From a virus (taxonomy: Duplodnaviria; Heunggongvirae; Uroviricota; Caudoviricetes): 19,381 nt of DNA. Position numbers and translations under genes: made by a program. Shown one piece after another: positions 15,443 through 19,381 of this stretch. The stretch is from IMG/VR virus record IMGVR_UViG_2861069343_000003, positions 1 to 19,381 of that record; one strand, written 5' to 3'. The notes beneath the pieces were generated by a model. That model was not told the DNA's origin, did no database searches, and saw nothing but the letters and a program-made list of their open reading frames with translations. Every line of letters starts with the position of its first letter. The first letter of the stretch is position 1.

Positions 15443-18049
15443 CTAATCACCCTGTGATGTAAAATAAAACCAATGGTATTCTAGAGCTTGCATAGACAAC
15501 CCAACCTTGTCCCTCAATAGGACACCATTCAGCTCCTGATAGTACCTATCGCGCACCATATCACTTACGTGAATCCTTAAAGTCGCTGGGTCAATAGATA
15601 TTAGATAGTTATCAAAGAGACGATGTATATCAGTACGCAATAACAAGCCATTTTTTATATGATTATCCTTATCTCCTCTGTAAGGATAAATATGAGCTGC
15701 ATCAAGTACTGCTATTGTTTTGCACCCAGTAAAGGCACATTGCCCCCAAACGTTTATCAGTTTATTTCTGAAGTCGCTTTGACCTATACGTATCGTGACG
15801 TTTCTATTTATAACCTTTCGTTCATCAGAGTTATTTATTTTAAAACTCCCTGCTGTTGAAAAATCAAATTTTTCAGTCGCACTAAATATTTTTTTAGATT
15901 GTTTTTTTACTTTTGCAAGCTGTAAATCTGACTTTATTTGTAAGGGTTTTGAGTTTTCTTCATCAAACGATGGAAGTTGAAGTTCTTTAATCATGCTGGT
16001 AGATAGAAAATTTTTGTAACTCATTAACTTAAAATCTAATCCTCGCTCATAACGAATTTTAGAGAGCACTATTGCAGCTTCTTCAATGTATTTAAAACTA
16101 CTTTTCCTTTTATCCCATAATTGAGATAAACAATCTGCATTTAACCTATCATATCTTGATAAAATCTCACCCAAACTGCTGGCTTTAGCGGCGCTATCAT
16201 AGTTTATATACTGTTTTTCTTGGGAATCTTCAATGGAATCCAGAATAAAATTTATATTTACATGATTATCTGCATCTGCATCTGCAGATGCAGATGAATC
16301 ATTAAAATTATCGTAGTCAAGAGAATTTTGATCACTCCAAATAGGTAGCGATAGATAGCAAATATTATCAATGCTGTCGTCCACCAACATTAATTTTTGG
16401 TGGAGTAAAAATAATATAACTGAAGCTTCAAGGTAATTCATTTCTTGTGACAAGAATTTTTCTTTAAGCATATCAAAGTCATATTGTACGTATTCATTTT
16501 TTTTCTTTGATATTACGGAGAGTTGCTCTTCACTTAAGACCACTGGCCTGTCTTCTGATATATTACGAAGTAAGTATGAAATCAATTTTTTTTGATTTTT
16601 TTTAGAATCTTCAGACCTAGGAGGTTCGAGAAACACACCTTCAAGTCTATCCAATGCTTTAAGGCAACTTCCCGCAAGCCTAGTCATCGCATCTTTTCTT
16701 GTTTGAATTAGAGGATCTGCATAGATAACAAAATTATCCCCATTACGAATATGAGCTATTTCAAGCTGATATACATCTAGATTTTTTATAAGTTTAAATA
16801 CAAATCCGTATTTTTGCATTCTATGCAAAGTCAGTGTCGGTATAATATCTTTATTAGATTCTTCATCCAAATTATAGTTTTTTATTCTTTTGTACAACCA
16901 ATTTGTTGCAGAGGAAGAGCAAATTAACTCATTATATTGAATTTTACTATTTTTAGTTATCAGATTTAGAAGAGACATTCCAAACAATGCCTGAATACAA
17001 TCTACATAATAAGATATAGTTGTATAATCTGGATGTCCTTTATAGGGGAGAGAATCTATTGAAATAAAACCTGAGTTATAGAATCTCATAAAGTTTTTTT
17101 CAGATAACACCATGATCCCTAACGTAGTTCTGTCAATAACATTCTGTCCATTTTTTATTATCTCAAGTAGGCTTACTGAAGCTAGTAAGGAAATATAATG
17201 CGAACCTAAAGTAGCGAGATCTCTGTGCGAACTTATAGATCTATTTTTACCCTTTATTCTAGGGGGTATAAAAGCCTGGATTGAATTAAAGTTATTTGAA
17301 AAACCAAAAGCCATGTTCAATTCATTGTTGATGTAACACTCTTTAACATTCGGTTTCTGTACGCCACCCCATGCTGAAATAATACTATTAGATTTTAATA
17401 TTTGTTTTTTATTGTTTTTCAAATTCAAATGATTGCAAACTAAACTGGCAACATTATTCTCTGCTTTTTTTTTACTCTCACCACTTCCGATAAATATCTG
17501 TCCATTAGGAAGTGCTATTTCAGACTCATATATTGGTGCATGCTCGGTCCCACCAGCCAAGGTGGTTTTGTATGTAGGGATTATGTGTTGATGTCTTTGG
17601 AAATATTCATGTAAAAGAGTTTTTGGGGGTTTGCCAACAAATGACTCCGTAATAGAAAGGCTTTCAACAAAAAATTTGAGATGTAATATGATATCACAAT
17701 TAGATATCGCCCCTAGGTAAAATTGAAATATTTGAATTATCATAGAAGATGAGTTGATTTCTTCTTGTTTTACTCCAGGACCAAATTCTGTTTGTTGGTA
17801 GACTTTTGTTAAGGGAAAATTTGTAACAACAAGCTCTCTTAGTTTTTTCTTCAGGCTGCTAGTCATAATGCTTAAATTGTTACCATCCGCACCTTCTATA
17901 CTCAGAGACCGACAAGCGCAGATTAAATCCTCAAGCGACTTACCAACTGATACAGTTGCGTTAAACAATTCAGTATTGCAATTAAAAGATGAACGATGAC
18001 TTATCTGAATATAATTTTCGTTGATATGATTTATGAATAACTTATTCAT
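15443..18049 (-). CDS. large AT-rich cargo protein: two tandem (degenerate RNase III + dsRBD) modules, an unassigned helical/acidic region, and a C-terminal HNH (HNH_2-type) nuclease; candidate anti-phage effector
   Basis: The ORF track starts at GTG 18055 (870 aa; residue numbers below use that numbering). The GTG lies inside the SD GAGGTG (18058-18053), so ATG 18049 (residue 3) is the likelier start. The stop is TAG at 15443-15445. Domain evidence is given in the sub-features. A sigma70-like promoter lies upstream. Confidence 0.9.
   Translation of the reverse strand: [868 protein letters not shown]
15566..15802 (-). other. C-terminal HNH nuclease domain (HNH_2-like)
   Basis: [67 protein letters not shown] follows the pattern R-x-GQ-x-FR...C-x-x-TG...AAHI-x-P...NGL-x-L...H-x-x-FD that I associate with Pfam HNH_2. 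The candidate catalytic triad is H788, N802 and H811. Confidence 0.8.
16643..17233 (-). other. module 2: second degenerate RNase III-like domain (aa ~245-365) plus a divergent dsRBD-like segment (aa ~402-471)
   Basis: Written as this protein / Rnc. [18 protein letters not shown] / [39 protein letters not shown] / [37 protein letters not shown] / [16 protein letters not shown]. E38, E41, D45 and E117 align to R, A, S and Q; only D114 is kept. The dsRBD-like end is [21 protein letters not shown] / [21 protein letters not shown]. This match is weaker than module 1. The sub-feature coordinates begin at the [8 protein letters not shown]-equivalent motif. Confidence 0.5.
17426..17998 (-). other. 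module 1: catalytically degenerate RNase III-like domain (aa ~20-135) plus dsRBD (aa 142-210)
   Basis: By-eye alignment to E. coli Rnc, written as this protein / Rnc. [18 protein letters not shown] / [26 protein letters not shown] / [23 protein letters not shown] / [36 protein letters not shown] / [41 protein letters not shown] / [21 protein letters not shown]. The Rnc acidic residues E38, E41, D45, D114 and E117 align to T, F, V, Q and Q. Confidence 0.7.
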
Positions 18050-18081
18050 TTTCACCTCGTGTATTATTCGATAAAGATCAC

Positions 18082-18110
18082 ATTGTACGTGATATCAACT
18101 ACTTGCTCAA
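18082..18110 (-). promoter_or_regulatory. candidate sigma70 promoter for the 870-aa gene
   Basis: On the - strand: -35 TTGAGC (18110-18105), a 17-nt spacer, then -10 TACAAT (18087-18082). It lies about 30 nt upstream of the SD and ATG. A short inverted repeat ATCAC/GTGAT (18077-18081 / 18089-18093) brackets the -10. This is a motif-only prediction. Confidence 0.45.
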
Positions 18111-18157
18111 AGCAGATCGTCATATCCTATTGCGTTCTAGCTACGTAAACTATCCTA

Positions 18158-19381
18158 TCAGTTAGAGTCTGAGTTAGTACAAGTAACAATCGATTCAACT
18201 CTCTCCCACCATGCCTGGTAGGCTTTACGCTGTTCTTCTAGATAATCGCTCTTGTCATAAACTTGCCATACCCCTGGCAGTTTATGACCTAGCATTATTT
18301 CTGCAATATGAGGCGCAGTAAGATCAGAAAAGTTTGTTCGTGCTGTTCGTCTCAAATCATGAAGAGACCAATGAGGAAATTGATACCCCAAACGCCGCCA
18401 TGCGTACTGCATTAAATTGTAAGGCAGCGACTGCAATGATGTCCGACCAACTGGTTCCCTGCTTCCTTCCTTAGTAAAAAGCATATCGGAACCGTTGTTC
18501 ATAGAGATAACGTATTTTATAATCTCTTCAACCGGTTCAATAATGGGCCGCTTTAGCGGTTCGCCTGTTATATCCCCTGTCTTATGTCGTTCTGGTGGTA
18601 CAGTCCATATCTTATTAATGAAATCAAAATCGTCCACCTTGGCAGTAATTAGCTCTGAACTACGGCAACCAAAATGAAGCAATAGTTTAATGAAGGCCCG
18701 GTATTTAGGAACCATTCGAGAACCATCGATCGCAGCATAAAGGATTTTAATTTCATCATGTGTCAGAAACCGTTTCTTCTGACCTTTACGGATATCCATA
18801 TCTTTACCCGTGATATCCGACAGCGGGCGAGTTTCAATGAGCTTTCTCTTATACGCCCAGACATGGGCCTGCTTTGCGTTAATTAGCAATCGGTCTGCTA
18901 TTGCTGGAGTCTTAGTGCTAAGAGGCTCCAGGACTTCTAACCAATCATGCAATGTAGCTGCATCGTTAGGGATATTCCCGATTTTAGAGAACAGGTGCAG
19001 CTCAAACGAGCGGAGTATCTGTTCAGAACCTTTTTTATTTTTTACACAATATGCTTCATACCAGGCACGGATCACAGACTCTACCGTCATGGCTTCAGTA
19101 GCTTTTCGTTTTTCAGCCTGCTTGACCAATCGTGGATTACGGTTTGACTCGAGTTCACCACGGAGACGGATAACTTCTTCTCTGGCCTCTTTTAATCCAG
19201 TTGCCGGGTAAGTTCCGATATCAAGACGCTCACCTTTCCCTGCCCATTGATAACGATATTGGAACACTACGCGACCTTTCGGTGATACTCTGACAGACAA
19301 ACCATCACGATCGGATTTAACCAAAACCTTATCACGTTCCTTTCCAACGACTGAACGCAACCACGCATCAGACAGCGCCAT
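18158..19381 (-). CDS. tyrosine recombinase / phage integrase, P4-type (DUF4102-like N-terminal arm-binding domain)
   Basis: 407 aa, with the ATG exactly at the window edge (19379-19381). The N-terminus MALSDAWLRSVVGK...DGLSVRVSPKGRVVFQYRYQWAGKGERLDIGTYPATGLKEAREE is the typical P4-integrase N-domain. Catalytic signature residues are visible in FGCRSSE (Arg), HDLRRT (His-x-x-Arg), LGH (His) and VYD (Tyr). Confidence 0.95.
   Translation of the reverse strand: MALSDAWLRSVVGKERDKVLVKSDRDGLSVRVSPKGRVVFQYRYQWAGKGERLDIGTYPATGLKEAREEVIRLRGELESNRNPRLVKQAEKRKATEAMTVESVIRAWYEAYCVKNKKGSEQILRSFELHLFSKIGNIPNDAATLHDWLEVLEPLSTKTPAIADRLLINAKQAHVWAYKRKLIETRPLSDITGKDMDIRKGQKKRFLTHDEIKILYAAIDGSRMVPKYRAFIKLLLHFGCRSSELITAKVDDFDFINKIWTVPPERHKTGDITGEPLKRPIIEPVEEIIKYVISMNNGSDMLFTKEGSREPVGRTSLQSLPYNLMQYAWRRLGYQFPHWSLHDLRRTARTNFSDLTAPHIAEIMLGHKLPGVWQVYDKSDYLEEQRKAYQAWWERVESIVTCTNSDSN

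Larger units (their letters stand above)
2008..19381. mobile_element. defective lambdoid prophage remnant (tail-tip module, early-left operon, cargo gene and integrase); extends beyond the right window edge, and the left boundary is uncertain
   Basis: The gene content is listed above. Head, tail-shaft, lysis, replication and immunity genes are absent between L' and yfdP. The integrase N-terminus faces the right edge, where an att site or tRNA would be expected outside the window. Confidence 0.8.

Noticed and set aside
15659-15980. Small + strand ORFs 15659-15859 and 15795-15980
   Set aside because: They are antisense to the HNH-domain coding region of the 870-aa gene and have no start signals.
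18056-19381. int plus the 870-aa gene as a separate mini-integrative island or PICI-like satellite
   Set aside because: This is attractive because both genes are lower in GC than the backbone. However, no satellite hallmark genes (primase/rep, regulators, packaging redirectors) are present. The att sites lie outside the window, so it cannot be supported here. Direct repeats beyond 19381 matching 15310-15442 would revive the idea.
1-19381. CRISPR arrays, tRNA/rRNA genes, IS transposases
   Set aside because: I found no regularly spaced direct repeats, no cloverleaf-like or rRNA-like segments, and no transposase-like ORFs on either strand.

Overview
This window looks like an E. coli-type defective lambdoid prophage, seen from its tail-tip module to its integrase, with two strongly AT-rich cargo islands. 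All protein identities are by-eye comparisons with sequences I remember (lambda Stf/Lom/J/I/K/L, K-12 CPS-53 YfdPQRS, E. coli RNase III). No search was run. Layout, left to right:

(1) 1-1900 (+): an AT-rich two-gene operon. A SLATT-like membrane protein overlaps a stand-alone reverse transcriptase with an intact YVDD box. A bidirectional terminator closes it at 1964-2004.

(2) 2008-12082 (-): a backbone of roughly 50% GC (by eye) carrying lambda-type late genes. These are a small membrane-protein pseudogene with an in-frame TAA, a mosaic Stf-like side tail fibre ending in an S74 self-cleaving chaperone, lom flanked by terminators, J, I, K, and a 5'-truncated L. Tail-shaft and head genes are absent. 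The break is marked by an 89-bp unit with perfect 15-bp inverted repeats.

(3) 12226-15309 (+): a translationally coupled yfdP-yfdQ-yfdR-yfdS-DUF551-excisionase operon, as in K-12 CPS-53/KpLE1.

(4) 15443-18049 (-): an AT-rich single gene with its own sigma70-like promoter, lying between the excisionase and the integrase. Its 868-870 aa product reads as two tandem modules, each a degenerate RNase III domain plus a dsRBD, followed by an unassigned region and a C-terminal HNH nuclease. I regard this as the best candidate for an undescribed dsRNA-sensing anti-phage protein.

(5) 18158-19381 (-): a P4-type tyrosine integrase whose start codon sits at the window edge.

The SLATT-RT pair is a second likely defence system. 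I saw no tRNA, rRNA, CRISPR array or IS transposase.
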